A DNA stretch of 64,000 bases from Candidatus Eiseniibacteriota bacterium. GTDB lineage: Bacteria; Eisenbacteria; RBG-16-71-46. Both the position numbers and the translations under genes were made by a program. The stretch is taken from positions 1 through 64,000 of the forward strand of contig JBGPFC010000008.1 in NCBI GenBank assembly GCA_041483195.1, given 5' to 3'. Positions 1 to 9,375 of this stretch are shown piece after piece (within the stretch, counting starts at the first letter, position 1; the number at the start of each line of letters is the position of its first letter). The notes beneath the pieces were generated by a model. That model saw nothing but the letters and a program-made list of their open reading frames with translations. It had not been told where the DNA came from and ran no database searches.

Positions 1-246
1 ACGTTCGTCACTTCTCCTCGCAGTGCGGCTTCCAACAAGCCCAGCCGTCGGGCTTCTCGCAGTGACATCGGTATGGGGTCCATGCCTCGGACCTAATCAC
101 AGCGGAGTTAACCCGGACATTTTCACTGCGGAACTACACGCGGGTCGCCCGTCTTCGCCTTGGCGCGCACCATGCGCTAGCATGCGAGGATCCTGCGCCG
201 GCGCGAGCCAGCTGAGCACTCGACGAAGCACCCCGAGGATGAGAGT

Positions 247-1017
247 TTGACCACCTTCTGGATCGCGCTGCCCGCATACAACGAAGAGCGCTCGCTGCCC
301 GCGCTGCTCGAGCGCTATCTGCCGCTCGGTGCCGTGCTCGCGTCGAAGGGCGCCGCGCTCAGGGTGCTGGTGGTGGACGACGGGAGTCAGGACGGGACGA
401 TCGCCGCCGCCGAGCGCTTCAAGGACCGCATCGCGCTCGAAGTGATCCCCCACGTCGTGAATCGCGGCCTGGGGGCCGCGCTCCGCACCGGACTCGCCGG
501 CGCGCTGGAGCGCGCGGCCGACGGAGATCTGATCGCCACCATGGACGCCGACAACACGCACGATCCCGGCATCCTCCCCGGCATGTGGGAGCGCATGGAG
601 AGCGAGCGCGCCGACGTGGTGATCGCCTCGCGCTACGCCCTAGGCGGTGAGGAGGTCGGCCTCACGGCGCTGCGCAAGGTGCTCTCGCGCGGCGCGAGCT
701 TCCTGCTCTCGATGACGGTGCCGGTCAGGGGCGCCCGCGACTACACATGCGGCTTCCGCCTGTACCGCGCCTCCACGCTGCGGCGCGCGGCGCAGGCCTG
801 GGGCGAGAACCTGATCGAGGAAGCGGGCTTCACCTGCATGGCCGAGCTGCTGCTCAAGCTCGGACGCGGCGGCGCCCGGGTGACCGAGGCACCGCTGATC
901 CTGCGCTACGACCTCAAGGAAGGCGCGAGCAAGATGAAGATGATGCGCACCATCTCGCGCTACTTCGAGCTGATCCGTCGCATCCGGACGAATCCGATGC
1001 CGCGCGTCTCGGGCTGA
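247..1017 (+). CDS. GT2 glycosyltransferase, DPM1/polyprenol-phosphate glycosyltransferase-like
   Basis: Motifs LPAYNE, VDDGSQDGT, NRGLGAA, MDADNTH (DxD), ASRY, RDYTCGFRLY; TTG start. Confidence 0.88.
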   Translation: MTTFWIALPAYNEERSLPALLERYLPLGAVLASKGAALRVLVVDDGSQDGTIAAAERFKDRIALEVIPHVVNRGLGAALRTGLAGALERAADGDLIATMDADNTHDPGILPGMWERMESERADVVIASRYALGGEEVGLTALRKVLSRGASFLLSMTVPVRGARDYTCGFRLYRASTLRRAAQAWGENLIEEAGFTCMAELLLKLGRGGARVTEAPLILRYDLKEGASKMKMMRTISRYFELIRRIRTNPMPRVSG

Positions 1018-1045
1018 ACGGGCGGGATCGCGGCCGGTTCCGGCC

Positions 1046-1999
1046 TCAGCCCCGCCCCGAGGTCGTCCGCTGCCACTCGACGGTTCTCCGCAGCCCCTCC
1101 TCCAGCGTCACCTCTGGCACCCAGCGCAGCGCGCGGCGGGTCTTCTCGATGTTCACGACGCGACGCCGGATGTTGTCGACGTCGCGGCGGTCGGTGTGAA
1201 TCGGCTCGACATCGACGCCGATGAGCTTGATCAGCACGGCGGCCAGCTCGTTCACGCGGGTCTCGACTCCGGTGCCGACGTTGAAGACCTCGCCCAGCGC
1301 GCGATCCCGGGTCGCGGCCAGCACCGTGGCGTTGATCGCGTCGTCGATGTATGTGAAGTCGCGGCTCTGATTGCCGTCACCGTGAATCACCGGCGGCTTC
1401 CCGGCGAACAGCGACTCCGTGAACTTCGCCACCACGCCGCAGTAGGGGTTCGCGGGGTCCTGTCCCGGCCCGAAGATGTTCGAGTAGCGCACGGCGGTGG
1501 CGGGCAGATCGTACGATTCGTAGAACGCCATGCAGTAGTTCTCTCCCGCCAGCTTCGAGACGGCGTAGGGCGTGAGCAGCGAGAGGTGGTCGTCCTCGTT
1601 GATCGGCAGATAGCGCGGGTTGCCGTAAACCGAGGTCGAGGAGGTGTACACGACGCGGCGCGTTCCGGTGGCGCGCGCCGCGAGCAGCACGTTGAGCGTG
1701 CCGCCGATGTTGGTCTCGTAGTCCTCGCGCGGGTTGCGGGTCGAGACCACGATGTTGCGCGCGGCGCAGTGGAACACGACCTCGTGCAGCGCCACCAGGT
1801 GCTCGACCACCGCCGGGTCGCATACCGAGCCCTCGACGAAGTCGAAGCCCGACTCCGGCAGATTCTCGCGCCGGCCGGTGAACAGGTCGTCGAGCACCGT
1901 GACCTTCGCCCGATCTCGAATCAGGCGCCTGACCAGGTTGCTGCCCACGAAGCCCGCGCCCCCGGTCACCAGCACGCGGCAGTTCTCGAGCGTCGTCAA
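1046..1999 (-). CDS. NAD-dependent nucleotide-sugar epimerase/dehydratase (extended SDR, UDP-hexose 4-epimerase-like)
   Basis: TGGAGFVG Rossmann motif, YAVSK (YxxxK), RYSNIFGPGQ, GDGNQSRDFTY. Confidence 0.92.
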   Translation of the reverse strand: MTTLENCRVLVTGGAGFVGSNLVRRLIRDRAKVTVLDDLFTGRRENLPESGFDFVEGSVCDPAVVEHLVALHEVVFHCAARNIVVSTRNPREDYETNIGGTLNVLLAARATGTRRVVYTSSTSVYGNPRYLPINEDDHLSLLTPYAVSKLAGENYCMAFYESYDLPATAVRYSNIFGPGQDPANPYCGVVAKFTESLFAGKPPVIHGDGNQSRDFTYIDDAINATVLAATRDRALGEVFNVGTGVETRVNELAAVLIKLIGVDVEPIHTDRRDVDNIRRRVVNIEKTRRALRWVPEVTLEEGLRRTVEWQRTTSGRG

Positions 2000-2018
2000 T
2001 TACGCCTCCCGGTGTGCA

Positions 2019-2738
2019 TCAGCGCCTCAGTCCGAGGCGCAGGAACACGAGCGGCCTGAGGATCCGCCAGCCGTCGCTCACCAGCTTCATCTTGGTGGTG
2101 CCGCGCGCATGATAGCGCACCGTCACCGGCGCTTCCTGCACCCGATACCCGCAGCGCACCGCCTGATAGAGCAGGTAGGGTTCGAGCTCGTAGCGATCGA
2201 GCCAGGCCTGATCGAGCCGGAGCCGCGGATCGTCGAGCAACGTGAGCCGAAACGCGCGGAATCCGTTGGTGCCGTCGGTCGATGGATAGCCGCTCGCGAG
2301 CCGAAACAGGAGCGGATAGAGTCGCGTGAGCCAGCGCCGTGCGGGCGGAATGCCGGGGGTCGCGCCGCCCGGCAGCCAGCGCGAGCCCTGCACCAGATCG
2401 GCGCGGCCCGCGAACAGCGGCTCGAGCACGCGCGGCAGCTCGTCGGGCTCGTGCTGATCGTCTCCCGACAGCACGGCCGCGAACGCGAAGCCTTCGCCCT
2501 TCGCGGCGGTGAGCCCGGTGCGGATCGCCGCGCCCACGCCGCGATTGCGTTCGTGCACCACGACGCGCTCCGCGCCCGCCGCCCGCGCCTCTTCGGCGGT
2601 GCCGTCGGTCGAGGCGTCGTCCACCACGATCACGCACGACGCGTAGCGGCGCGGCACCTTGCGCACGACATCGCCGATCTTGCCCGACTCGTTGTACGCG
2701 GGGACCACCACCGCCACCTGTGAGGGGTCGAGCGTCAT
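2019..2738 (-). CDS. GT2 glycosyltransferase, DPM1-like
   Basis: Start trimmed to MTLDPSQVAVVVPAYNE; VDDASTDGT, NRGVGAA, SGDDQH, TDGTNGFRA. Confidence 0.88.
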   Translation of the reverse strand: MTLDPSQVAVVVPAYNESGKIGDVVRKVPRRYASCVIVVDDASTDGTAEEARAAGAERVVVHERNRGVGAAIRTGLTAAKGEGFAFAAVLSGDDQHEPDELPRVLEPLFAGRADLVQGSRWLPGGATPGIPPARRWLTRLYPLLFRLASGYPSTDGTNGFRAFRLTLLDDPRLRLDQAWLDRYELEPYLLYQAVRCGYRVQEAPVTVRYHARGTTKMKLVSDGWRILRPLVFLRLGLRR

Positions 2739-2799
2739 GGCAGAGGAGTGGATCGTCCGGGATCGAGGGCTCGGTGCGGGACCGGCAATGGAACGCGGC

Positions 2800-2808
2800 A
2801 GCCTACCA
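2800..2808 (-). promoter_or_regulatory. Putative extended -10 (TGgTAGGCT) for the 2738 GT2 / epimerase unit
   Basis: TGn + TAnnnT about 60 nt upstream of the start. Confidence 0.35.
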
Positions 2809-2900
2809 CAGGGCCGCGCCGTGCGGCCCGCCGCACCCGCGCCTCGAAGCGTGCGCATTGCAACGAGCGGCGCGCGGCGAGAGGCCGCGGGCCGCGTGCC

Positions 2901-2930
2901 TTGCCGCCCGGAAAGCGCGGCTGCTAGACT
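2901..2930 (+). promoter_or_regulatory. Putative sigma70 promoter TTGCCG-N18-TAGACT with extended TG
   Basis: Direct motif match 70 nt upstream of the ATG at 3001. Confidence 0.5.
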
Positions 2931-3000
2931 TGTGCGGCCCGAAGCCTGCCCCCCCGTCGCCATTCGCTTCTGCTCCGCTGCGCACCCCTAACCCCCCGGA

Positions 3001-3675
3001 ATGCACCGCGATCTCAAGATCAGTGTCGTGATTCCCTGTTACAACGAAGAGGGCGGGATCGCCGAGGTCATCGGCCGGATGCCGAAGGCCGTGGACGAGA
3101 TCGTCGTGGTGGACAACAATTGCACCGACCGAACCGCCGAGGTCGCCCGCGGGCTCGGCGCGCGCGTGGTGGCGGAGAAGACGCCGGGCTATGGCGCGGC
3201 GTACAAGGCGGGGCTCGCGGCCGCGACCGGAGACATCGTCGTGACCCTCGACGGCGACGGAACGTATCCGCCCGAGGACATCCCGCGCCTGGTGGACACC
3301 CTCGAGGAGAAGCGCTGGGACTTCCTCTCGGCGAGCCGCTTCCCGCTCGCCGACCCGAAGGCCATGCAGTTCACCAACCGTCTCGGCAACTGGGTGCTCA
3401 CGATCGCGGCGGCGGTGCTGTTCTTCAAGCCGATTCGCGACAGCCAGTCGGGCATGTGGGTGTTCCGTCGCGGCGTGCTCGGCCGCCTGCGCCTCACCTC
3501 CGACGGGATGGCCTTCAGCGAGGAGATCAAGCTGGAAGCGCTCATGCGCGGGTGCCGCTTCGGCGAGGGGCACATTCCATACGGCGAGCGCATTGGCGAG
3601 GTCAAGCTTCAGAAGTGGCGCGACGGGTGGGAGAACCTCGCCTTCCTGGTGCGCAAGCGCTTCGGATGGGTATGA
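3001..3675 (+). CDS. GT2 glycosyltransferase, DPM1-like
   Basis: VIPCYNEE, VDNNCTD, GYGAA, LDGDGTY, DSQSGMW, RIGEVKL. Confidence 0.9.
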   Translation: MHRDLKISVVIPCYNEEGGIAEVIGRMPKAVDEIVVVDNNCTDRTAEVARGLGARVVAEKTPGYGAAYKAGLAAATGDIVVTLDGDGTYPPEDIPRLVDTLEEKRWDFLSASRFPLADPKAMQFTNRLGNWVLTIAAAVLFFKPIRDSQSGMWVFRRGVLGRLRLTSDGMAFSEEIKLEALMRGCRFGEGHIPYGERIGEVKLQKWRDGWENLAFLVRKRFGWV

Positions 3676-5126
3676 GCGCCACGCCCCAACCGGTTCGCGG
3701 CCTCGCCCAGCCGGGCCGCGACTGGCTCGGGATCCTGATCGCCACCGGCGTCGTGATCGGAGCCGGCTGGCTGGTCGGCGCGCAGCTCATGGATCCCAAC
3801 AAGCGCGTGCTCGCCGTGCTGGCGGCGGTCCTCATGTTCGGACTCGCGTGGCGGATCAGCATGACCATGGGGCTGGGCGTGCTGCTGCTCGCGCTCCCCT
3901 TCCCGCGCGGGACCGTCTTCGGGAGCACGAGCCTCGCATTCATCCTGATCCTGTTCGTGATCTGGCTGCTCCGCCTGAGCCAGCGCAGGGCGGCCCTGCC
4001 GGAGCGCACCCCGGTCGATGTGCCGATCGTGGGCCTCTTGGTTTCGTACATCGTCTCGTGCTACAACCTGCGCAACGCCACCGAGGTGTATGCGGCCCTC
4101 ACCAACTTTCAGTTGTTCGTGGCCTGCCTGCTGCTCTTCTACGTGATCGTGAACAACGTGCGCCGCACCGAGGACTTGAAGCGATTCCACCAGTTCCAGG
4201 TGGCCTCGCTGGTCACCGTGATGCTGCTCGGGCTGTGGGAGCTCAGCCACCCCGGGCAGGTGTTCATTCCCGGCTGGATCGATTTTTCCACGATCGCGGG
4301 GGCGGTCGAGAGCTATGGTATCGAGTTGCACCAGACCCGCGTCGGCGGCCCGTTCTTCGATTACGAGTTGATGTGCGAATACTGCGCGCTCAGCTTCGTG
4401 CTGCTCATCTTCCTGATCGCGCAGGCGCGCTCCGCGACTCGCAAGGGCGTCCTCACCGCCCTGCTGCTGGTGACCGGGTTTCTCATGTTCACCACCGTCA
4501 CGCGCGGCGGGTTCGTCGCACTCGGCCTCGGCCTGGTCTATCTAGGGTGGCTGGTTCGCAAGCGCGTGAACTTCGTTCCGCTCACCATCCTGCTGGTGGC
4601 CGGCGTCGTGTTCTTCTTCGGGACCAACTACTACGTCTCGCACTTCACGGCGTCTGGCGACCTGGTCAGCCGGCTCGGGGGCACCAAGTTCGTGGGCTGG
4701 ATGCCGGAGACCCGCGCGGTGACCTGGCCGCAGGCGTGGGAACGCATGATGACGCATCCCATCCTCGGGCACGGGCCGGTGTTTTCGGCCCGGATCGGCA
4801 CCCAGTCATACTTCTGGCCCCACGATCTCTACCTGTTCGTCGGCAACCTGGTCGGCCTGGTGGGCCTGTCGTTCTTCCTCGCGATGCTCGCGATCTTCTG
4901 GATCATCACGCGACCGTCGACCGACCGGCTCGACGATCCCAACTATGCGAAGGCGTTCCTGATCGTGGCCCACGTGCAGCTCGCGACCTTTCTCCTCGAC
5001 GAGGTGAAGATCGAGTATCTGCGCAATCCGATCTACCAGTTCCAGATCTGGGTCATGTTCGCGTCGATGGTGGCCGGCTACATGATCACGCGCCGCGAGC
5101 GCGCCGCGGCGCCCGAGCCCGCTTGA
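3672..5126 (+). CDS. Wzy polymerase / O-antigen ligase family membrane protein
   Basis: ATGA overlap with the upstream GT2; many TM segments; TVTRGG, R..TW..AW..M..HPILGHG and PHDLYL motifs typical of the Wzy_C domain. Confidence 0.8.
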   Translation: MSATPQPVRGLAQPGRDWLGILIATGVVIGAGWLVGAQLMDPNKRVLAVLAAVLMFGLAWRISMTMGLGVLLLALPFPRGTVFGSTSLAFILILFVIWLLRLSQRRAALPERTPVDVPIVGLLVSYIVSCYNLRNATEVYAALTNFQLFVACLLLFYVIVNNVRRTEDLKRFHQFQVASLVTVMLLGLWELSHPGQVFIPGWIDFSTIAGAVESYGIELHQTRVGGPFFDYELMCEYCALSFVLLIFLIAQARSATRKGVLTALLLVTGFLMFTTVTRGGFVALGLGLVYLGWLVRKRVNFVPLTILLVAGVVFFFGTNYYVSHFTASGDLVSRLGGTKFVGWMPETRAVTWPQAWERMMTHPILGHGPVFSARIGTQSYFWPHDLYLFVGNLVGLVGLSFFLAMLAIFWIITRPSTDRLDDPNYAKAFLIVAHVQLATFLLDEVKIEYLRNPIYQFQIWVMFASMVAGYMITRRERAAAPEPA

Positions 5127-5187
5127 GCGGCCTCCGCGCGCCCGCGCCGCCGTCGCTCCGCAGCGCCACCTTCGAGGAGCGCACCTG

Positions 5188-7116
5188 ATGTGCGGTTTCG
5201 CGGCCTGGTTCGATCCCGACGGGGCCTCGCCCGATCCGGAGTGGCTCAGCGCCGCGGCCGGGGCCATGGCTCATCGAGGACCTGACGACTCCGGATTCCA
5301 CTCGGAGCCCGGGCTCGGCTTCGCCTTCCGGCGCCTCTCGATCGTGGACGTCGCGGGCGGCGCGCAACCCCTCCCCAACGAAGACGGAACGGTGTGGATC
5401 GTCTACAACGGGGAGATCTACAACCACGCGGAGCTGAGGCGGGACCTCGAAGCGCGCGGGCATCGATTTCGCACGCGCAGCGACACCGAGTGCATCGTCC
5501 ACGGCTACGAGGCATGGGGCGAGGCCGTCGTCACCCGGCTGCGCGGCATGTTCGCCTTCGCGATCTGGGATCGGGCGCGCCGCCGCCTGTTCCTCGCCCG
5601 CGACCGCGTGGGCATCAAGCCGCTCTACGTCGCGCGCGCCGGTCGCGCATTCGTCTGCGCGTCCGAGATCAAGGCGCTGTTCGCGTTCCCCGGCGTGCGG
5701 CGCGCCGTGCGCCTTCCCGCGGTGGTCGAGCACCTGACGCTGCGCTACTGCGCGGCCCCCGGGACGTTGTTCGATGGCATCGGGAAGCTGCGGCCCGCGC
5801 ATCATCTCGTGGTGGACGCGGCGGCCAGCGTCGAGCACTGCTACTGGCAGACCGCTTACGAACCCAAGCTGGCGATCGGCGACGGCGAGGCGCTCGAGGA
5901 ACTCGAGAGCCGGCTCACCGAATCGGTGCGGCTGCGCCTCATGAGCGAGGTGCCGCTCGGCGCGTTGCTCTCGGGGGGCGTCGATTCGAGCGTGGTGGTC
6001 GCGATCATGAGCCGTTTGCTCGAGCGCCCGGTGCAGACCTTCTCGGTCGGATTCGACGCGCCCGGCCCGTACAGCGAGCTGCCCTTCGCGCGACGCGTCG
6101 CGGAACACGTGGGCAGCGAGCACCACGAGATCGTGGTGGGCGCGGCGGATCTGGAGCGCGAGCTGCTGGACCTGGTGTGGCATCAGGACGAGCCGGTCTC
6201 GGAGCCCGCCGCGATCCCGACCTACCTGGTGTCGCAGCTCGCGCGCGAGACCGTGACGGTGGTGCTCACCGGCGAGGGCGGTGACGAGCTGTTCGCGGGC
6301 TATCCCAAGTACGCGGCGGACGGCCTCGCGCGCGCGCTCTCGCGGCTGCCCGCCGCGCTTCGCGATGCCGTGCTGGATCACGGCGTGGATCGCCTGCCGT
6401 TCGGCTTTCGCAAGCTGCAGGTGGTGGCGCGCAGCGCGCGCTTCCGCGAGGAATCCGATCGTCTCGCGGCCTGGTTCGCGGGCTTCGCCGGCCCCGAGCG
6501 CGCGCGGCTGCTCTCACCGGCGCTCGCCGCGCACGATCGGGTCGCGGCGGCCGCGTTTCGCGAGGCGCTCGCGGCGAGCGCGGCGCGCCGCCCGCTCGAC
6601 CGCATGCTGGACGCCGACCTGCGGCTGTGGCTGCCCGACGATCTGCTCATGAAGATGGACAAGATGAGCATGGCCGCTTCGATCGAGGCGCGCGTGCCGC
6701 TGCTCGATCACCCGCTGATCGAGTGGGCGGCGCGCCTCCCGGATCGGTTCAAGGTGCGCGGGTTCGATGGCAAGGTGCTGCTCAAGCGCCTCGCGCGCCG
6801 CATGCTGCCACGCGGGGTGGTCGACCGGCCCAAGGTGGGCTTCACCGTGCCGCTCGCGCCGTGGTTCCGGGGACCGTTGCGCGAGCTGCTGTGCGACGTG
6901 CTGCTCTCGCCCACCTGCGCGGGCCGCGGCTATTTCGAGCCCGCCACGCTGCGCGCCTACGTCGCGGACCATCTCGAGGGCCGGCGCGATCGAAGCCGCG
7001 AGCTGTGGACGCTGCTCACCCTCGAGCTCTGGCATCGTGCGTACATCGACGCGACACCGGTGCGCGCCGCGGCGTGGCGCGCGCCCGCTCGCGTCGCGGC
7101 CGGGCTCGCCGGCTGA
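5188..7116 (+). CDS. asnB: Asparagine synthase (glutamine-hydrolyzing)-family amidotransferase, polysaccharide-associated
   Basis: N-terminal MCG Ntn cysteine, HRGPD, RRLSIVD, NGEIYN, LSGGVDSS PP-loop, TGEGGDELFAGY, EARVPLLDH. Confidence 0.92.
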   Translation: MCGFAAWFDPDGASPDPEWLSAAAGAMAHRGPDDSGFHSEPGLGFAFRRLSIVDVAGGAQPLPNEDGTVWIVYNGEIYNHAELRRDLEARGHRFRTRSDTECIVHGYEAWGEAVVTRLRGMFAFAIWDRARRRLFLARDRVGIKPLYVARAGRAFVCASEIKALFAFPGVRRAVRLPAVVEHLTLRYCAAPGTLFDGIGKLRPAHHLVVDAAASVEHCYWQTAYEPKLAIGDGEALEELESRLTESVRLRLMSEVPLGALLSGGVDSSVVVAIMSRLLERPVQTFSVGFDAPGPYSELPFARRVAEHVGSEHHEIVVGAADLERELLDLVWHQDEPVSEPAAIPTYLVSQLARETVTVVLTGEGGDELFAGYPKYAADGLARALSRLPAALRDAVLDHGVDRLPFGFRKLQVVARSARFREESDRLAAWFAGFAGPERARLLSPALAAHDRVAAAAFREALAASAARRPLDRMLDADLRLWLPDDLLMKMDKMSMAASIEARVPLLDHPLIEWAARLPDRFKVRGFDGKVLLKRLARRMLPRGVVDRPKVGFTVPLAPWFRGPLRELLCDVLLSPTCAGRGYFEPATLRAYVADHLEGRRDRSRELWTLLTLELWHRAYIDATPVRAAAWRAPARVAAGLAG

Positions 7117-7126
7117 CGAGGGTTCC

Positions 7127-8281
7127 TCAGGCGCGGGTCCCGCGACGGGCCCGCACCGCGGCGACGATCGGGTCGAACAGCTTCGCGATCCGATCGATCA
7201 CCACGTCCGGCGCGTGACGCGCGGCCACCCACGCGCGCGCCCTCGCTCCCGCCCCGCGCCGCAGCGCCGGGTCGGACATCCAGCGCTCCACCGCCTCGGC
7301 GAGCGCGGGGAGCGAGTCCGCGCACTCGCCCAGCCGTTCGCGCGCGATCACGCCGTCGGGATCGACCGCCGTGATGGCCGGCAGGCCGTGCGCCCACGCC
7401 TCCAGCACGGTGTTGGGAAAACCCTCGACCGGAGAGGTGTGCACGAACAGCGCGGCCTGCTCGAACAGCTCGCCCAGCCGGGCGTGATCGAGATGTCCGC
7501 GCACCTCGAGGTTCGAACACCCGCGCGCGGCCGCCCGCGCCTGATCCCACGCGCCCGAGGTGAGCGGCGGCGGCGGGACCACGCCCGCCATCACGAAGCG
7601 GCGCAGCGGGAGCCGGCGCGCCAGCTCGATGAACCACTCGGGACGCTTGGCCGGCTTGTAGGTCGAGAGCCACACCGCGGCGCCCTCAAGCCCCGGGTCG
7701 ACGGTCGCGACCGGCAGCGCGACCAGATTGGGAATCACCTCGCTCGCGAGCCCGAACTCGTCGCGGAACAACCGCTGCTGCCGCTCGGTCTGGGCGATGA
7801 TCGCGCGCGCGCCGCGCAGGGCGCGCCGGTACCACCAGCGGTCGCGCGGGTTCGTCTGGAAGGGCAGCGAGCGCAGCGCGTCGTGATCGTGGGCCGCCGC
7901 GAACACGTGCGCCGCGCCGCGCATGCGCGCGACCTCGTGGCTGAGGCCGGCCGGCAGCCCCGACATGCGCGCGTAGTAGATCTCGGCGTCGGCCTCGTGC
8001 AGCGCGGCGAGCGTCCGCGTGAGGCGCGGATGGAAGAAACGCAGCACCGGCACTCCGCCCTGCGGCGGGTAGGTCCTCAGCACGGTGAGTCCGCCGAGCG
8101 TGGTACGGGGCGGCTGGCCGAAGTCGCAGGTCGCGACGCTGACCGCGAACCCGCGCGCCGCGAGGCCGCGCGCGATCGCCGCCTGCTGGATCTCGGCGCC
8201 TCCCGCGAATGCCGCGGTGCCCGGCACCAGCAGCGGATAGAGGTACGGCGCATGGAGGTTGATGCGGCCGCGGTCGCTCAA
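7127..8281 (-). CDS. GT4 (GT-B) glycosyltransferase
   Basis: TTG start overlaps the upstream stop; GGAEIQ, KRPEWF, EGFPNTVLEAW (ExxxxxxxE). Confidence 0.85.
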   Translation of the reverse strand: MSDRGRINLHAPYLYPLLVPGTAAFAGGAEIQQAAIARGLAARGFAVSVATCDFGQPPRTTLGGLTVLRTYPPQGGVPVLRFFHPRLTRTLAALHEADAEIYYARMSGLPAGLSHEVARMRGAAHVFAAAHDHDALRSLPFQTNPRDRWWYRRALRGARAIIAQTERQQRLFRDEFGLASEVIPNLVALPVATVDPGLEGAAVWLSTYKPAKRPEWFIELARRLPLRRFVMAGVVPPPPLTSGAWDQARAAARGCSNLEVRGHLDHARLGELFEQAALFVHTSPVEGFPNTVLEAWAHGLPAITAVDPDGVIARERLGECADSLPALAEAVERWMSDPALRRGAGARARAWVAARHAPDVVIDRIAKLFDPIVAAVRARRGTRA

Positions 8282-9375
8282 GCTGCGCTCCAGCGCTCGA
8301 GCGCCGCCTCGAGCCGCGGCCGCACGCGGTCCCACGCGAAGCGCTCGGCGGTCGCGCGCGCGTTCGCGCCCAGCCGCTCGGCGAGCCCGCGTTCGTGGGC
8401 GAGGCGCGCGAGCGCATCGCGCAGCGCGCGCGGATCGCCGGGCGGCACCAGCAGTCCGTTCTCGCCGTCCACCACCAGATCGCGCACGCCGGTGACCGGG
8501 GTCGCGACCACGGCCCGCGCGTATCCGAATGCTTCGAGCAGCACGTTGGGCAGCCCCTCGCCGCGGCGCGAGGCGAGCACCACGCACGAGGCCTCGCGGT
8601 AGAGGGTGTCCAGCCGCCCGCGCGATGCGAACCCCTCGAAGCGGGCGTCGAGACCGTGAAATCGCGCGCGTGATTCGAGCCGCGCGCGCTGCTCGCCCTC
8701 GCCGGCGACCGTGAGCAATCCCTGCATGCCGGCCACCGCGTCGATCACCACGTCCACGCCCTTGTCCGGAATCAGCCGGCCCACGGTGAGCACGCGCGCC
8801 CCCCGCGGAAACGGCGGGGCGGGCAGCTCCAGTCCGTTCGGGACCACTTCGACGTGCGCGGCGACCCGCTCCGCGCACGCCGCGGAGGCGCGGCGGGAAG
8901 CCTCGATCACGAGCGCGCGGTTGGTCTCGCTCTGCACCAGCACGCCGCGCGCCTCGGACCACACCCGTGGCGAGAGGAGACGCGCGCGCCGCGAGCCCGC
9001 GCGATACTCGTCCTCGCCGCGCACCCACACCACCGCCGGAACGCCCAGGCGCCGCTGAATGCGGACCCCGGCGAACCCGCTCACGAAGGTCTGAAAGCAG
9101 AGCATGAGATCGGGCCTCGGATCGAGCTCCGAGACCACGTGCTCGATCCGCCGCAGGTCGAGCGCGGTCCGCAGCAGCGGCCAGCGCGAGACCGGCAACC
9201 GCAGCACGGTGAAGCCATCGCGGCCGTCGCGGGGCGGTTCGCGGGGATCGCCGCGGCGCGTGATCACGGTAACCCGATGGCGGTCCGCCAGTCGCCGCGC
9301 CCAGCCTTCGGCCTGGAGTTCCGCGCCTCCCACCACGCCGGGCGGAAAGCGCCCGATCAGAATCGCCAGATTCAT
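8278..9375 (-). CDS. GT4 (GT-B) glycosyltransferase
   Basis: MNLAILIG start; GGAELQ, VVPNG, GRLIPDKG, EGLPNVLLEA. Confidence 0.9.
   Translation of the reverse strand: MNLAILIGRFPPGVVGGAELQAEGWARRLADRHRVTVITRRGDPREPPRDGRDGFTVLRLPVSRWPLLRTALDLRRIEHVVSELDPRPDLMLCFQTFVSGFAGVRIQRRLGVPAVVWVRGEDEYRAGSRRARLLSPRVWSEARGVLVQSETNRALVIEASRRASAACAERVAAHVEVVPNGLELPAPPFPRGARVLTVGRLIPDKGVDVVIDAVAGMQGLLTVAGEGEQRARLESRARFHGLDARFEGFASRGRLDTLYREASCVVLASRRGEGLPNVLLEAFGYARAVVATPVTGVRDLVVDGENGLLVPPGDPRALRDALARLAHERGLAERLGANARATAERFAWDRVRPRLEAALERWSAA

Noticed and set aside
1..20. Possible minus-strand gene start (GAGGAGAA-GTG at 11)
   Set aside because: Only three codons are inside the window and the RBS spacing is short, so it cannot be supported.
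161..175. sigma54-like TGGCGCGCACCATGC upstream of the first GT2
   Set aside because: GG-N10-GC is frequent in GC-rich DNA, the -12 core is imperfect, and an overlapping sigma70-like TTCGCC-N18-TAGCAT explains the region equally well.
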